Positions 1 through 13,233 of a stretch of DNA of 64,000 nucleotides are shown here, in pieces (the stretch's first letter is position 1; every line of letters starts with the position of its first letter). A program made the translations under genes and the position numbers. A model generated the notes under the pieces. That model was not told the origin of the DNA and made no database searches. It saw nothing but the letters and a program-made list of their open reading frames with translations. The stretch lies in assembly GCA_964270895.1 (NCBI GenBank), contig OZ185438.1; one strand, given 5' to 3'. The DNA is from Podarcis filfolensis. Taxonomy: Eukaryota.

Positions 1-758
1 TGTCATATATAAAAATATTATTATTATTGATTCAATATTGGCACCCAGAATCCAAACACTGACGAAGGCTGCTGCTCCCATCTTGGGAATGTTCACACCA
101 AGTTTGGCGATGACATATCAAGAGGCAGCCAAAACTATGCCAAAAAAGGGCACAGTGATGCCAAAGACACATTTCAGTCTGCCATCTTGATTCAAAATGG
201 TGTCAAAATGAGGATGAAGAGCCTTGCCCCCTCCTCGGGAACCCTTGTGCCAAGCTTGGCATTCCACTCTTGAGGCATTCCAACCACAGACACAGCAACC
301 CACCTTCCAAAATGTAACACTGCATGAAGACATAAACTGCAAATACTAAATGTGTGCTATGTAATGGAATATAAAACCAGACATAAAAACACACTAAAAC
401 TTTTCGTATCTTTGCTTATATTAGAATAGCATGGTCTGCCAAAATCCCAAATGTTTTTCTATAACACAGAATATTAGAGATGTCGTCTTCAAATCCTCAA
501 CCTTTCAGTACTACCTATATATGATGGTAAGAACTCTGCACCTTTCTGCGCCAGAACCCCACCCCCTTCAGTCTCAGGCTGTTTTAATGCAGAGCAAACT
601 TCCCCTCTTTACTCCTCAGCTTTCCTCTCCTCTGCTATTCAAATCCATCTGCAGTGCCACCACCCACCCGGCAGAGCAGGCCCAAATTTGCAATTAACTT
701 CTTTCCAAGACACCTTAACGTTTCTCCCTAAACGACGTTGCCAAATGCATGCACAATA

Positions 759-999
759 CAGACCCTTTTTCAGCCATGGGCCAGTCCACCATCCCTCAAA
801 CCATGTGGTGGGCCGGACTATATTTTGGAAAAAATAATGAATGAATTTCTATGCCCCACAAATAACCCAGAGATGCATTTTAATAAAAACACACATTCGA
901 CTCAGGTAAAAACACGCTGATTCCCGGACCGTCTGCGGGCCGGATTGAGAAGGCGATTGGGCCGCATCCGGCCCACAAGCCTTAGGTTGCCTGCTCCTG
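759..999. mobile_element. hAT-like non-autonomous DNA transposon (MITE), degenerate left end
   Basis: GGGCCGG/CCGGCCC-rich internal inverted segments and a terminal ...GGTTGCCTGCTCCTG typical of squamate hAT/Charlie-like MITEs; family assigned from memory. Confidence 0.6.
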
Positions 1000-2150
1000 G
1001 GTTATGCCTCTAGCAAAACGGATTCATGCTCCCCCCCGCACTAGATTTGCAACCGAGAGGTCCCTAGGCTTCACCTCTCCGTGGCCATTTTCTCCCTGCA
1101 CCCTTCTCTCCCCCCCCCCAGCCGCAACTCCCCCCGCGCCTCTTTCCGTCTCCCTTGGGGGCCCCGCGCCAGGAAAAAAAACCAAGGGAAGCCGCTCCAC
1201 CTTCCCCGCGCCCTCTTTCTCCTCCTCCGCCCTGAACGACCCCCCCCCCCCGCGCGCCCTTCGCAGCCAAAATGCTCCTCGGGTCGGGAAGACGTTTCTG
1301 GACAGGGAGGGTGGGAAGTTAAGCAGCTGCCGCTTGCTTGGTTAACGCGCGTGCGGGGGAGACCGGCAGCGAGAACAGCGCGTGCCAGGCCCGCCCCTCG
1401 CGCTTGGCGACGGCGGGCATGCGCCCTGGAACCCCGGACCCCCCGCACCAATTTGGAGGCGGGCACAGCTCGGCTTCCTACTGGCCCGCCCCTTCCCTCC
1501 CGCCCCCTCTGTGTGTGTGTGTGAGGGAGACGGAGAGATACCAGGGATACTCAGACACCAGACAGCCGCCGCCGCCGCAGCAGCGACAGGGAGGGCAGGG
1601 CGCGCGTTGAAGCGGCACGTAGAGCGGCTCGCCCTCGTTGTCAGCCGGGCAGAGCCTGACAGTCTCGTTGCGAGGACGTTATTTAAAAAAGGGGGGGTTG
1701 TGGGGGGTGGGAGAAAGAGAGAAGAAGCCTTGGCCAGCTGAAACAGCGAACAGGGAGGCGAGGAGGCTGCCTCGCGTCTTCCCAGCCTCCCACCCAGCCT
1801 GTCCGCCCGGTCCATGGAGCCCAGCTAAGGCAGCGCTGGCAAAGAGGACAGCGAGGTAACAGCAACGGGGTAAAAGCTCTCGGGTCGGCAGCAGATGGAG
1901 GACCCCGGCAGCTGGAGGAACGGGCTGGGAGAAGAGCGGCGCTCCTGCCCCGCTCAGCCGCCCCGCGGGCGCCCTGCTTGTGAAGGGAGGGGGGAGGCTC
2001 TGGAGCTGAAGGTTAAGGGGGGGGGAGTGAGCGAGCGCAGGGTCTCCTCTCTGGGGTGGGGTGGGGGGTGGATGCCTGTGAACCTGGCCAGCCCTCCAGG
2101 CGGGGGGGGGGGGGGCAGGGGCCGGGCTGCGCTCTCCGGTTGACAGGTTG
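900..2150 (+). promoter_or_regulatory. RAI2: CpG island / RAI2 promoter region
   Basis: Sharp rise in GC and CpG against an AT-rich background; GC boxes at 1389-1397, 1483-1492 and 1498-1506; CCAAT at 1448-1452. Confidence 0.8.
1510..1855 (+). other. RAI2: Putative non-coding exon 1 (5' UTR) of RAI2; start approximate
   Basis: Lies just downstream of the GC/CCAAT boxes and ends at donor GAG|GTAACA (1855/1856); RAI2 is known to have a non-coding first exon, a long intron and one coding exon. Confidence 0.6.
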
Positions 2151-4733
2151 CCTGAGTCCAGGGAGGATGGGGAGGTAGGTGCTCACCATCGCCCCTATTC
2201 AGAGGATGCTTTATGGGGAATTGTCTCTTTAATGTGGGGGGAGGGGGAGGAAAGCTCCCTTTTTATATATATATGTCTGTGGGTGGTATAATCATAAAGA
2301 TATAATTTATATATGTGGCATAATCATAAAAGGTTGCCTGAAAAAGAAAGGGGGGGGAGGTTGTTTTCTCTGTACTCAGGACTGGTTTCCCATCCAATTT
2401 GGGTCCATGAGAGGGGAGGCTGAGGTTGTTGTGAAGCATCCATTTTGCCATCTGATGGGTTTGGCTGCACAGGAAGGAATGGATCCTTTAGAAGGGGGTG
2501 CTTTAGCAATGCAGCGAGTGCTTCCCCAAGGCTCCTACTTGGCATGCTTTGCTGTGAAGTTGTATTTTGTGCTAAATCATTGAAGGGAGGCGGAGGAGGG
2601 AGTGATCCCAGCGGTGTCTTTTGACAGCATCCGCCTCATTTTGACTTTATGCAGCAGTCCCAAATTGGACCTGCAGTATTTATGTGTGCCGGGCCTTGCG
2701 AGAGTCTTTCTCCTATTCTGGGAAATGGTACAGCACAAGGGAAGATGAGAGACTCTTAAAAGGTAGCACCAAATGTGCCAGCAGCTATATGGCCTTTATT
2801 GGAACAGAGCTGTACAATAAAGATACCCATAGGCAATCTTCCCATTTATAGATGGCAATACAATGCAAAATGAGGTTCCATTCCTTATTTCCGATCACTT
2901 TGCTCCGGTGGTAAAAAAAAAGTTGAGCAAATGCATTTGTGTTGGAATATATTTGGTTCCCCCTCTCCTGCAATGTCTTTTACCCGTAAATGAGTGGCTA
3001 TTGTTTCACTCGGCACTGAGGAAGGTCTGCATGTTTACTGAAATGAAATCTCATTGCATTTGCTGTTTAGGGTTAGAAATGTTGCCAAACAGCTGCTGCT
3101 TTGTGCTTCAATTGCCGAAGTCCCAGGAGTGGGTTTTGGACAGGGAGTGACATGGTGTGTAAACGATGAAGGAAGAGGAGGACAAGGGTCAAGTGCAGAT
3201 TTATGGGTGCATAGATCTCCCTCTGCTAAACTTCCTAAAAACAATAATTTGGAGAAGTAGTGGTAGATCATGAGGTGAGGATTAAAACCAAACCCATGCT
3301 ACAGACTTATTAGTCAGCGATATTTTTTTAAACCTTGGATTGGATACACTCAAACCCAAAACAATTGATAATATGAAATTAAACAGTTATTTTTTTAGTT
3401 CAATATTTGTAATCATTGCAGAGCAGTTGCTTATGTATCACTCTTTAAAAATACACTGTCTATAGTTAAAGTTATTCAGTAGGAAATAATCCCTTGGTTT
3501 TTCTTTCACCTCTGGTGCATTTGTTTGTTCTGGACAAGGAGATAGTGGTTTTATTATTTTTCTGTCTGTGATTCTGACTTGAAGTTGCATTATTTGGTTA
3601 CTGGAGCATGTTTAAATATTTCAGTGAAGATTTTACATTGACCAAGTGCTACTTTGCACAGAATACATTGCGGAAAATAAATGGAAATGGGAAATAAAAC
3701 ACACTTTTGCCTGAATTTTAAGTCATACCCTGCTCATTTGTTTGCTATTGGGTTTGCCAGATAAATGCTAGTTTACAAGCAAGAATATGTTGAGATTCTT
3801 CCAATAAACTAATTTATTGCATTTTCCTTTTTCAATATGTTCTCTCTCATGGAACAGCTTCAGATAAGGGTGTGCTGATTAATTGAAGTTTCTGATTTTC
3901 AGTGCATTGTTGGCTTCTTTTTAATTTATTTCCAAAAAAGTGTTTGCTTGGTCCTCCTACTCTGTAGGGATATAAGCTCTTTCTCTTTCCATGAGGCCAA
4001 GGATTAGTTGTTGTGAAGAAATAGTGGGTCAAATGGGTATCCTGCACATGTGATAGAAATTGTGTTTTACAGGATTGGCTGTGGAATCTTCTGGAGGAAA
4101 AGCCAATTTCTTAAGCTTCTCTTACTCCATCTAATAGCCTTATTTTGTTACTGTAATAGTGGCCTGTGATAAATGGAAATTGCCACTAGGGGCTTCACAG
4201 AGAAAGCCAAACCTACACGTTAGGTTAAAATTTTTAATATTAGAGGGAATATTTGCCAAATAAAAAAAGACGAGGCTTTGGCCTTTTATGTTTTTCTAGA
4301 ATAGTAAAGCTCTAACTAAGAAATCTGAGCTGGCCCTGTAACTAGAAAAAAAGTTTATTGGTGGGTGTCAGTGGAGTGGGTTTGAATAAATACCTTTCTT
4401 GAATCCGATGAGGATTTTGTATATGTTTTAAAGCATTCTGCTTTTTTCCTGCGCATATAAAATCATGCGGGTGAAATACGCATTTAATGTTAATTAAAAT
4501 GTTGCCAATGTACACGCTCACTAGATTTTCCTATTTATAGTCTAATGCAAAATCAATTAGATATAGTAGAATATAAATTATTCTTTGACTTCGTTCAGAT
4601 GTAACACCATGATTTAGCTTTTCAATAACAGGCCTTGGTGAGCCTCTGCTCACATGCTGTCCTCTCTGCTCCCCTTTGGTGTCTAAGGAGAGGAGATTGA
4701 AGCATTCACTTTTGGTTTTGAATGCTAGGGTAA

Positions 4734-5168
4734 TGTCAGGGAACTGCCATCAGGGCCGGAGGGAGAGAGCAAGCTCCAGAGGGACTCCAGAGAGCGCCCA
4801 GGGATGGGGAGAGGCAGCCCATCTTCTGGGGAAGAGAATCAGCGTAGCACCAGTGGAGAAGGGGGGCAGATGGGGGAAGCGGCGAGGCGGTTCCATGACT
4901 CCTTGCCGGGAACCAGTGGGGAGAGTAGGGGTCCTCCACTGCCCCGCACCCTCCTTGCGCAGAAGGCTTCCGCGCAGGGAGAGTAGGCGGAGACTAGGCG
5001 TCAAAGAGCTTCTTTGCTGGAAGAAGTTCAAGAAACGCCCACTGACGGATTCTGCCAGCGACTGAGACAGCCGCGGGTGAGTGGCTGTCCGGACAGAAAA
5101 GGTTCACTCAGGCAACCCAGCCCGGTGTGACGCCGGTTTACGCACGAGCAACCCCTAGAACCATTACA
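4734..5168 (+). mobile_element. Solo LTR (435 bp), probably Gypsy-like retrotransposon
   Basis: TGTCA...TTACA termini, perfect 5-bp TSD GGTAA (4729-4733 / 5169-5173); homologous to 22870-23303. Confidence 0.85.
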
Positions 5169-7722
5169 GGTAACATCTCAGCAAAGCTTTGGTAAATTCA
5201 AAGAAATTAGGATTAAACCACAGTTCAAATAAACCATAATTGCCTGAGTTGAGATACAATGGAACACTATGGTTTGTTCATATGAACAGTAGGCTTGCAT
5301 TACTACTACTGCTGCTGCTGCTATTACTATTATTACCATTTGTTTACTACCCTTCATCTGACGATCCCAGGGTGGTTCACAACACAAGTATTCTTATAGT
5401 ACTAAACCATGATTACATCTGAACTGGGCAGTTAGTATTCAAAGAAAAGTTCAAACATCCTCACAGACTAGGTTGCCAGTGGCTAAACTATGGATGTCCT
5501 AGAGAATGGCAGGCATTTATCCTAGACGAAAGACCTCAGGATAGTGGGCTGCAACATTTTTCAATACAATAAAAATGGCCCTAATTAGGCCCAGCTGCCA
5601 GCCTCAGCTAAATGACATATGGGTTTGTTTATTTCAGATCTTCCTAGGTTGCAAAGTTGAAATTAGATGTAGGGTGTTTTATGTGGCAAATAATTTAACC
5701 TCAATTACTTTTACATAAATCATATGAGTGGTTGTCAAGAATGGCTAAACACACATGGTGATGCATGTTGTATTAAAAAGAGACTTGGGGGAGGGGCACA
5801 GCTGATTATTTCAAATTGATGTGAGCTTCAGATTTCCTTATTTTTGCAATTCCTGGCCTCTGCTACCCTACTGTCTCCCACTTTGCCTTCCTTTCTCGGA
5901 GTACAGTCTGAAGCATGCTTGCTCAGGATTAAATTCTTTTCTCAGAAGATGCTTCTCCTAAGTAGATTTAGGACTGCAACCAGAAGTTCTTCTCTTGATG
6001 TCTAGGGAGGCTCTTGGGAAGTTGTTGAACTGCAACCCCCATTTTCACCCGCCAACGTGGGCAATAGCCGAGGTTAATGGGAGCTGTAGTTCAGCAGCAT
6101 CTGGAGGGCACCAGGTTGGGAAACTCTTCTCTATAACACTTCTTTTTCCAGACTTCTATCTTAAGGTGCATACCTTCTTCTCCACTAAACACTTCTTCCT
6201 GTCCTGCCACATATGAGCAGCTTGGCCACTGGAAGCCAGATATTTTCTGTCTGTCCAACCCTTCTCTGACACTAGGAAAGCTCATTCTGGCACTGTCAGA
6301 GGCTTCCTTCCTTCCTTTGTTTGTTTGTTAATTTTATATTCTGCCTTTCCACCAAATGGTGCTTGAGACAGCTAGCCAATACCAATGCAATAAAAGATGA
6401 AGTAAAACATAAAAGGCAGGTAAATAATGAGTAAAACCAGTAAAAACCAATTACTACATAGTTACAGCACAGTTTATTTATATATTTATAAATTTCCCAT
6501 CATTTGTAAATAATTGTGGAGGAGGCAGGCCTTGACAGGACTTCCTTGATGTTTCTACTATTCCCATCACAGAAATCCATTTTACTACAACATATATATA
6601 AATAAATGGCTCTGTCTTTGTCACACAGAGGCAATCATAATAATGATGATTCCAGAATTCCAGATATGGGGTATTCCTAAAGCCCAGTCCACTTCAGAAG
6701 AGCTTTGATTCTAGAACTTCTCCATGCCAGCCTCATCCCCTCTCTCAGCTGTGGTAGACAGGGAAACAGAAGAGTTTGCCTCTAGATATCTGTGTTAAAA
6801 TCTGGTGGAGGAAGCATCTTTGGAGGGTGGTTTATTGAGTACGAATGGCATGAGCTGCTGTGTGGTTGGGGGTCCATGTGTATTGCTTTCACTGAGGCCA
6901 AAAAGGGGGCCTCAAAGGGTCACTAAGGGTCTTCCAGTAGACATGCTTAGGGAGTGCATGTGTGTGTGACACCTATTACTCACCCACTGGGATCTTCAAA
7001 CAATTGAATATTTTAAACTTTTGATTTCCGGTATTATGTTTTAATAATTGAATGACAGTATTAATGAACTTAATATAAATCAATTAATACAAATAAATTA
7101 CCCATGCAACTTAGTAGGACTTCTTCTGACTAAACCAGAGGGTAATTGGGCGTGGTGTATTTGCAAGTCTGTGTAGTTACGAGCTGATATGGTTTTCCCA
7201 AATAGCAAGTGAACAAGAAGCAAAATAAGAGAATACGTGCTTGTGATGGCACTAGAATTGACATGTGATTTTTGTTTTTCACCATGTTGAGCAGAAGTGG
7301 GGAAACGGGCTTGTTTTACTGTGAATGGTTTTGTCTTTGGACAAGACTTCATTGTGTCACACATTCAGAAACCATCTCTGTTGAATAACAGTGTGAGTAT
7401 TTTCCTCAGCATCCCACAGAAAACTCTTCCTTGGGGTGGTAATGAAGCACTGTGAGGTCACAGAGGTGTGCCCTTAAGAGCCTTTGTGATGCTACAGGAG
7501 CTCCTGCTGGTGCTTTGTGTGGCTTCAGAGTTGAAGCAGTGTCTTACAAGGAAAGCAGTGCACTTACTGGAGGATTATTTTGACAGGCTAAAGAATCTTA
7601 GAAAGCTAGAAATACCTACAAAAGGTACAGTTTTGCCATATGCAATGACTGAATAAATACAGCCTTGACCATATTGAAAATTTAAGAGGAGAAAGTTTAG
7701 AAATCTAGTTCTAATGATCACA

Positions 7723-8225
7723 ATTATTATTATTATTATTCCCCAGCTACTCTGGGCAGCTCCCAACACAATTAAAAGCACAATAAAACATCAAACATTA
7801 AAAATGTCCCTAAACAGAGCTCCCTTCAGATGTTTTCTAAAAGTCAGGTGTTGTTTATTTCCTTGACATCTGATGGGAGGGTGTTCCACAGGGCGGGCAC
7901 CACTGTCGAGAAGGCCCTCTGCCTGGTTCCCTGTAACCTCACTTCTCACAGGGAGGGAACCGCCAGAAGGCCCTCAGAGCTTCACTTCAGTGTCCTGGCT
8001 GAACGATGGGAGTGAAGCTGCTCCTTTAGGTGTACTGGGCCAAGGCCTTTTAGGGCTTTAAAGGTCAGCACCAACACTTTGAATTGTGCTTGGAAACGTA
8101 CTGGGAACCAATGTAGGTCTTTCAGGACCGGTGTAATGTGGTCTCAGTGGCCACTCCCAGTCACCAGTCTAGCTGCCGCATCCTGGATTAGGTAGCCCCA
8201 TATAGAGCGCATTGCAGTAGTGCAA
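7723..8225 (-). mobile_element. L2 LINE 3' fragment
   Basis: (ATT)n tail at the left; the minus strand carries L2 RT C-terminal-like sequence (GCGCATTGCAGTAG, DYCNAL-type); same tail family as 31009-31170. Confidence 0.75.
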
Positions 8226-8520
8226 GAAGTAGTCATCAAGCCGATACTTAGCTGCATATAGGTCACTCCCCCCCCCCTTTAAAAATGCACTTACTGATTA
8301 GTTAAATTGCTGTGTTTGAATTTTTACTAATTCTTCTCCATTCTTTTCTATCAAATTCCTGTCCGTCCGCCCCCCTGGAAATATGGCTTGGCATTAACAG
8401 TTCAAAGTAGTATTAAGCTAATGTTGGTTTTATTCTTTCCCATGGATCTTGAAGAATTTGAAAACAAAGGGATGGCACCCTCTCGCGGCAGTATATCAGT
8501 GTGTACAGTAATGCTGTGAT

Positions 8521-8649
8521 TCTGGCTTCATCAAACTTGGTGCCCCCCAGATATTTTGGACTACAGTTCCCACCAGCCCCACATGTACTGGTTGGGGCTG
8601 ATAGGAGTTGTAATTCAAAACAACTGGAAGGCACTAGATCGGCAAAGGC
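8521..8649. mobile_element. Palindromic hAT-like MITE, degenerate
   Basis: CCAGATATTTTGGACTACAGTTCCCA...GGAGTTGTAATTCAAAACAACTGGA fold-back, as in 28448-28582. Confidence 0.65.
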
Positions 8650-10364
8650 TGGCATGATGTGCTTTCAATGGCAAAGTTCCACAGATGTCAATTGGAGAAG
8701 AATCATTCTGTTATCTGTAGGTCATGGCGAGGTCAACAGGCTAAATAAGAATATGGATTAAAAACTGGAATGGGTAAAAGCATATGGGACATATAGAAGC
8801 CCACCATTTTTAACCTAATGTTGAAAAGTAATAGAAATATATCATAATTTAATATGCTTCATAAATCCTTCCTTCATAAATATGTTCCACCTCTTGGTTC
8901 CACTCTAATATCCTGGAATTCTCAACACTCCTACCCCGGTGGAGTATTATTTTATTTCACTTCAATGTTACAACTGAAGAAAGGGGTATTTGGGGAAGGA
9001 AAGAGACCGGTCCTTGGAGAGCTTTAAAAAAATTGGTGATCTAAGGTCAGATTCAGTGCATGGAGTCCTACTGCCATGCTCAAGGTTGGATCTGCCATAT
9101 TGGTAAATAATTTTCTCCCTGGGTACAATTTGGCATCTCTTGTGACACGTCTTATAAAATTAGCCACGTGGCGGAAACAAGTGAATCAGCCTCAGTGTTC
9201 AGGAGGGAGGGAAGGCAAGACCCTTGAATTATGCAGACACTGCTGCCATTCTGCATTTGGTTATATATTGCAATAGCAATCTTCAGCCCAGCATGTGGGT
9301 GATGCTTTGGGGCATTTTGGAATTAAGCATGAGCCATCAAATTAAAGCACAGAATTCGTAGATCTGCTAAAAAGAAGAGTAAGGTGCAAATTTTATGTTA
9401 AGAGATGAAACGTATTGTAAATGCAGGCTGCATCTGATGCTTCCCTAGCTAACCCTTGTTTGACTGCTCTGGTGTTAATGGAATGTTCTGACAGTTTAAT
9501 GCCTTAACAGTTAGTACTAAGGCCTTAAGGACAGAAGAGATTGGATGCTCTTGGTGGACAAGCAACATAGACTGAGATCATTACTCCTACAAGGGCAGCT
9601 TCTCCCTTCAGCCTGCTGTTTGTGATTTGAAAACACTTTTATTTTCTTTGTTTATCTCTGTCGTGGCATTACACCTTATGGTATTTTACTTGCTTGGGTT
9701 TTATGAATGAGGAATAGGGTTAAAAACCCAAACACTTAATTTGTTTGAGATGAGCCAAGTCAGAGAGGGAGGAAGGGGAGCTCATGCTTCTTGCTCCTGG
9801 AGCGCTGTACTTGCTCCAGTCATAATTGCTTTGACATTGCTATACACTATTTCTTTTCTCTGCCTTTTTAAACATGGTGGCTCCCTTGACAGCTCTTTCT
9901 TAATTAAATAGAGAGCTGGAGCACTGAGGGATGTTGCAGAACTAGGCCTGGTAGAGAGATAGCATGAGCTCTCTGCAAACCATACTTCTCCCTGCCATAT
10001 ATTCCCCACTTCCTTTCTTTTTTGGCCTTAACTGACGCTGTACACATGATGCCAACTATCATTAATGCTAACTAGGTTCCACTTAACCAGGGTTTACAAA
10101 CCCACTTCAGATAAGGGTTTGAAACTGTTCAGTATGTGTTGAAATATATAGCTGCTGGTCAGCTCACCTCCCCATATGTGCTTCTCTAGACCCACAAATT
10201 CTCTTCTCCCTGCTCCCCACACTTCTCCTCTCAACTGTCCTCCTGAATCTGAGAGCTCTGTTTTATAGTATACATAAGGGATCAAGTAGACAGTTTCATA
10301 ATACATACTGATGTTCGGACCTTACAGTGCTGTTTGCCTTACATTACTGTTTCAAGAACTGTTG

Positions 10365-10510
10365 TTCAGACCATATAGAAGGTCCCTAGATTCAGTCTCC
10401 AGCATTTTCGGGTGGAGCCAAAACCCTGGAGAGCAGCTCTCAGTCAGTGCCAGTGATACTAAGCTGGATGGGCCAGTGGTGTGTGTCTGTAGTAGGCAGA
10501 TTCCGTTGTT
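10365..10510 (+). mobile_element. Old tRNA-derived SINE with CR1/LF-SINE-like tail, degenerate
   Basis: AAACCCTGGAGAGCAGCTCTCAGTCAGTG...GATGGGCCAGTGG resembles the reverse complement of the element at 55401-55575. Confidence 0.5.
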
Positions 10511-13094
10511 CCTATTACTGGTCAGTGTATTCCAAGGCACTGAGAGTGGCAGCTCCAGAGGCCTTGCTATTGGAGATCCTTCAACCTTGGATATCAGTGA
10601 TTGGATTTGGGCCCTTAAATATACAAAGCATGTGAACTAAACAGTGACCCCCATCATCTCATGTAATTCAGAGAGCTGTTGGCACAGGCAGTGTCCTGGT
10701 GCCAAAGAAGCTGGCACTTGAAGACCACTGGTACCTCACCATATATTTATGGGTCAGAACAGAACACCTAAAGAGATTTACATGCATTCACATTCCTGCT
10801 CTGCCTTTCCTGGGACAAAGAAATGGCCGGTCTGTGGGTGGGAAATGTTAGTAATATTGATGCAACTGCACAGCAGTTTAATATGAATTATTCAGTAGTG
10901 TGAACCTAGTCATTCAGCTGCTTGCATGTTTCTGTTCCTCCATCCCTTCAGAGCTCTTTTTTGTGTGAAGGGCTGTTCTTAATGCCAACAGAAACTGGCC
11001 ATAGTAAACAAGGGCAGATTTTTGGTCCATATCCAGGAATTTGATTTCATTGCATCCATGTAGAAATAAAGCATGTCAGCAACAGAATAACCCTTGATGA
11101 AAGTGATAATTTGTATTCTCAGTTCCACCACACCTTGTGTTGGTGTTTGAAGGAAATAAAAAGTAGCCAGCAGTTTATAAAACAATGTGTTTTTTTGCCT
11201 TTTTAGATTCAAACATGCCCTGCATGTTACTTGGCTGTTTCAGCACTAATATTTAAAAGGAGGTAAATGATGCAACTGTGTGTTAGAGGGGAAGGAGATA
11301 ACTTATGAGTGGTAGAAAGATGTAACGGGGGGAAGAGGCAACTGGAAGAACTGATGTAGTTGCAGAAATATGCAGCGTAAGAACAGTACTGAAAAAGGAC
11401 AGACAGCAACACAATAAAGTGACATGGACAATATATGTTTTGGTGTGGGAATGCCATAAAGTTTTTATTGCTGCTTGATTGTTCCCTCATTAGTAAAGTC
11501 CTCCCACAGTGTAATGCTGTCCCACGCTGGTGGCAATAAATGTTATTTAGTACCTACGGTCATATAAAGCATTCGTTCTGTTGCTCTAGAAAAATATCTG
11601 TGGGGTGTTGCTGTTGGAAACCTATTGTGATGTGTGTGTAGACGTTAGGAACAACATCACATGCTTTAATTTACAGATTTAAAATCTGTGCCTAATTGTT
11701 ATCCTACGGCAATGGTTTCCTTGCCCTTTCAGTTTCTTTGCATATGTTAAAAACATTCTCTGTATAATGTTTTTGTGTGCTATTTCTACAGTTTACCAAC
11801 AAGCCTTGCATTGTGCTTCGTTTTCAAATTATGTGCTGGAGATTTGTAAATCTGCTTTTAGTCTGTGTAGCATGCAAGCAGAATATACTGTTAACTGCAT
11901 TGCTGCATAAAGCCCCTGCAGAACTGATCCCTGATCATTGAAAGCCTTGTCTCTAATCTGCCTGTTCAAGGCCATTTCTCCTGAGTGTGTGTGTGTTCTT
12001 GAAACCTTGGGCACTTCCTGACTGTCACTATTTTCATTTGGGATTTAGTTATATGCCAGCACATTCAGGCTGTTCTTGAAGCTCTTGTGATACAACCCAC
12101 TTTCCCCAAAGATGTGACTTTTTGTGACAAAGGAAGTGACTGGAAAATGTTTGATGCAACGTCATCTAATCCATCTAAAAACAAACCAGGATTAATGCTC
12201 AATAAACAGGTTATCTGTTTGTCAAGAAAGCATAAGCATGGAAGGTAAAATTGCAGGGAATATTCTGTATGTTTAGGCCTGCTTGAGAGGTCAAAGGTGT
12301 TTTTTTTAAAAAAGAATAGAACAGACAACAGATCTATTTATTTGTTTTTTAAAAAACTGTTTTACTTGGCACTTTTACTCTGCAGAAACAATTACACAAT
12401 ATTCATATCGTGAGTGTTTTTAAATCTCTCAATTGGCTTTTCATATTAGACTTTTTCGTACAAAAGTCTTTAGCAAAAGCACACTTAAGCAGCTGAAGAA
12501 GGCTGTTGATTGCACCATAACAAAGTATACCAAGCAACACATTTCTCTTTAAAGCTGTTAATACTTTTTCTTAGGTCCATTAACTTCAGTAGTCTACTCT
12601 GAGTAAAACTTGGCAGAATATAATAAGTTATTTGAACTGGTGGGCTATTTAATGAAGTTTATGCATGAAACAACAGTACACGTGATGCTTTTCAGACCAA
12701 GAGAGTATGCAGAAAGATTCTCCCTATGACTGATGTAGCAGCACAGAACACAACTGATATGGATCAAGGCTTAAGCATATGTTATTTAGTTATGTTATTT
12801 ACAGTAACTCCTGTAGTCTCAAAACATGGTGTGATTCGAGGCAAAAAGTTTGCAAGCTATGCTATATTGCTCATGTCTGTTGTTTCATCTGTAGCTAAAT
12901 CATAGAAAACAAATTCAACAGCAGATTCTGAGTTTTCAGGGTTTCAGAGAAGAGTCCTTTTCTCAGTTTATCTGGGAGTGAATATGGGTGCCTATGGATA
13001 CACACATGTACTCTGTCACTGAGTGTAAGTGACAATTGCAATAAGAAATCGTCACCAGAATTTATGGCTGTTTGAGTGTGATAACTGTCTAACC

Positions 13095-13233
13095 CAGGGA
13101 TGGGGAACCTGTTGTCCTCTGTGTGTAACTGGAATCTCAATTCCCATCAGCCCCAACCAGTATGGCCAATGGGCAGGGATGATGAGAGTGGCAGTCAAGC
13201 AAAATCTGGAGGGCCATGGGTTACCCATCCCTG
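13095..13233. mobile_element. Palindromic hAT-like MITE
   Basis: TIRs CAGGGATGGGGAACC / GGTTACCCATCCCTG with internal fold-back. Confidence 0.75.

Noticed and set aside
1-330. Possible ancient DNA-transposon remnant (CCAAGTTTGGCGATGACATATC...)
   Set aside because: Resemblance is only from memory; no termini, TSD or second copy in the window
1004-2143. Many overlapping 60-157 aa ORFs on both strands
   Set aside because: Expected from stop-poor CpG-island composition; low-complexity Pro/Arg/Gly translations with no recognisable domain
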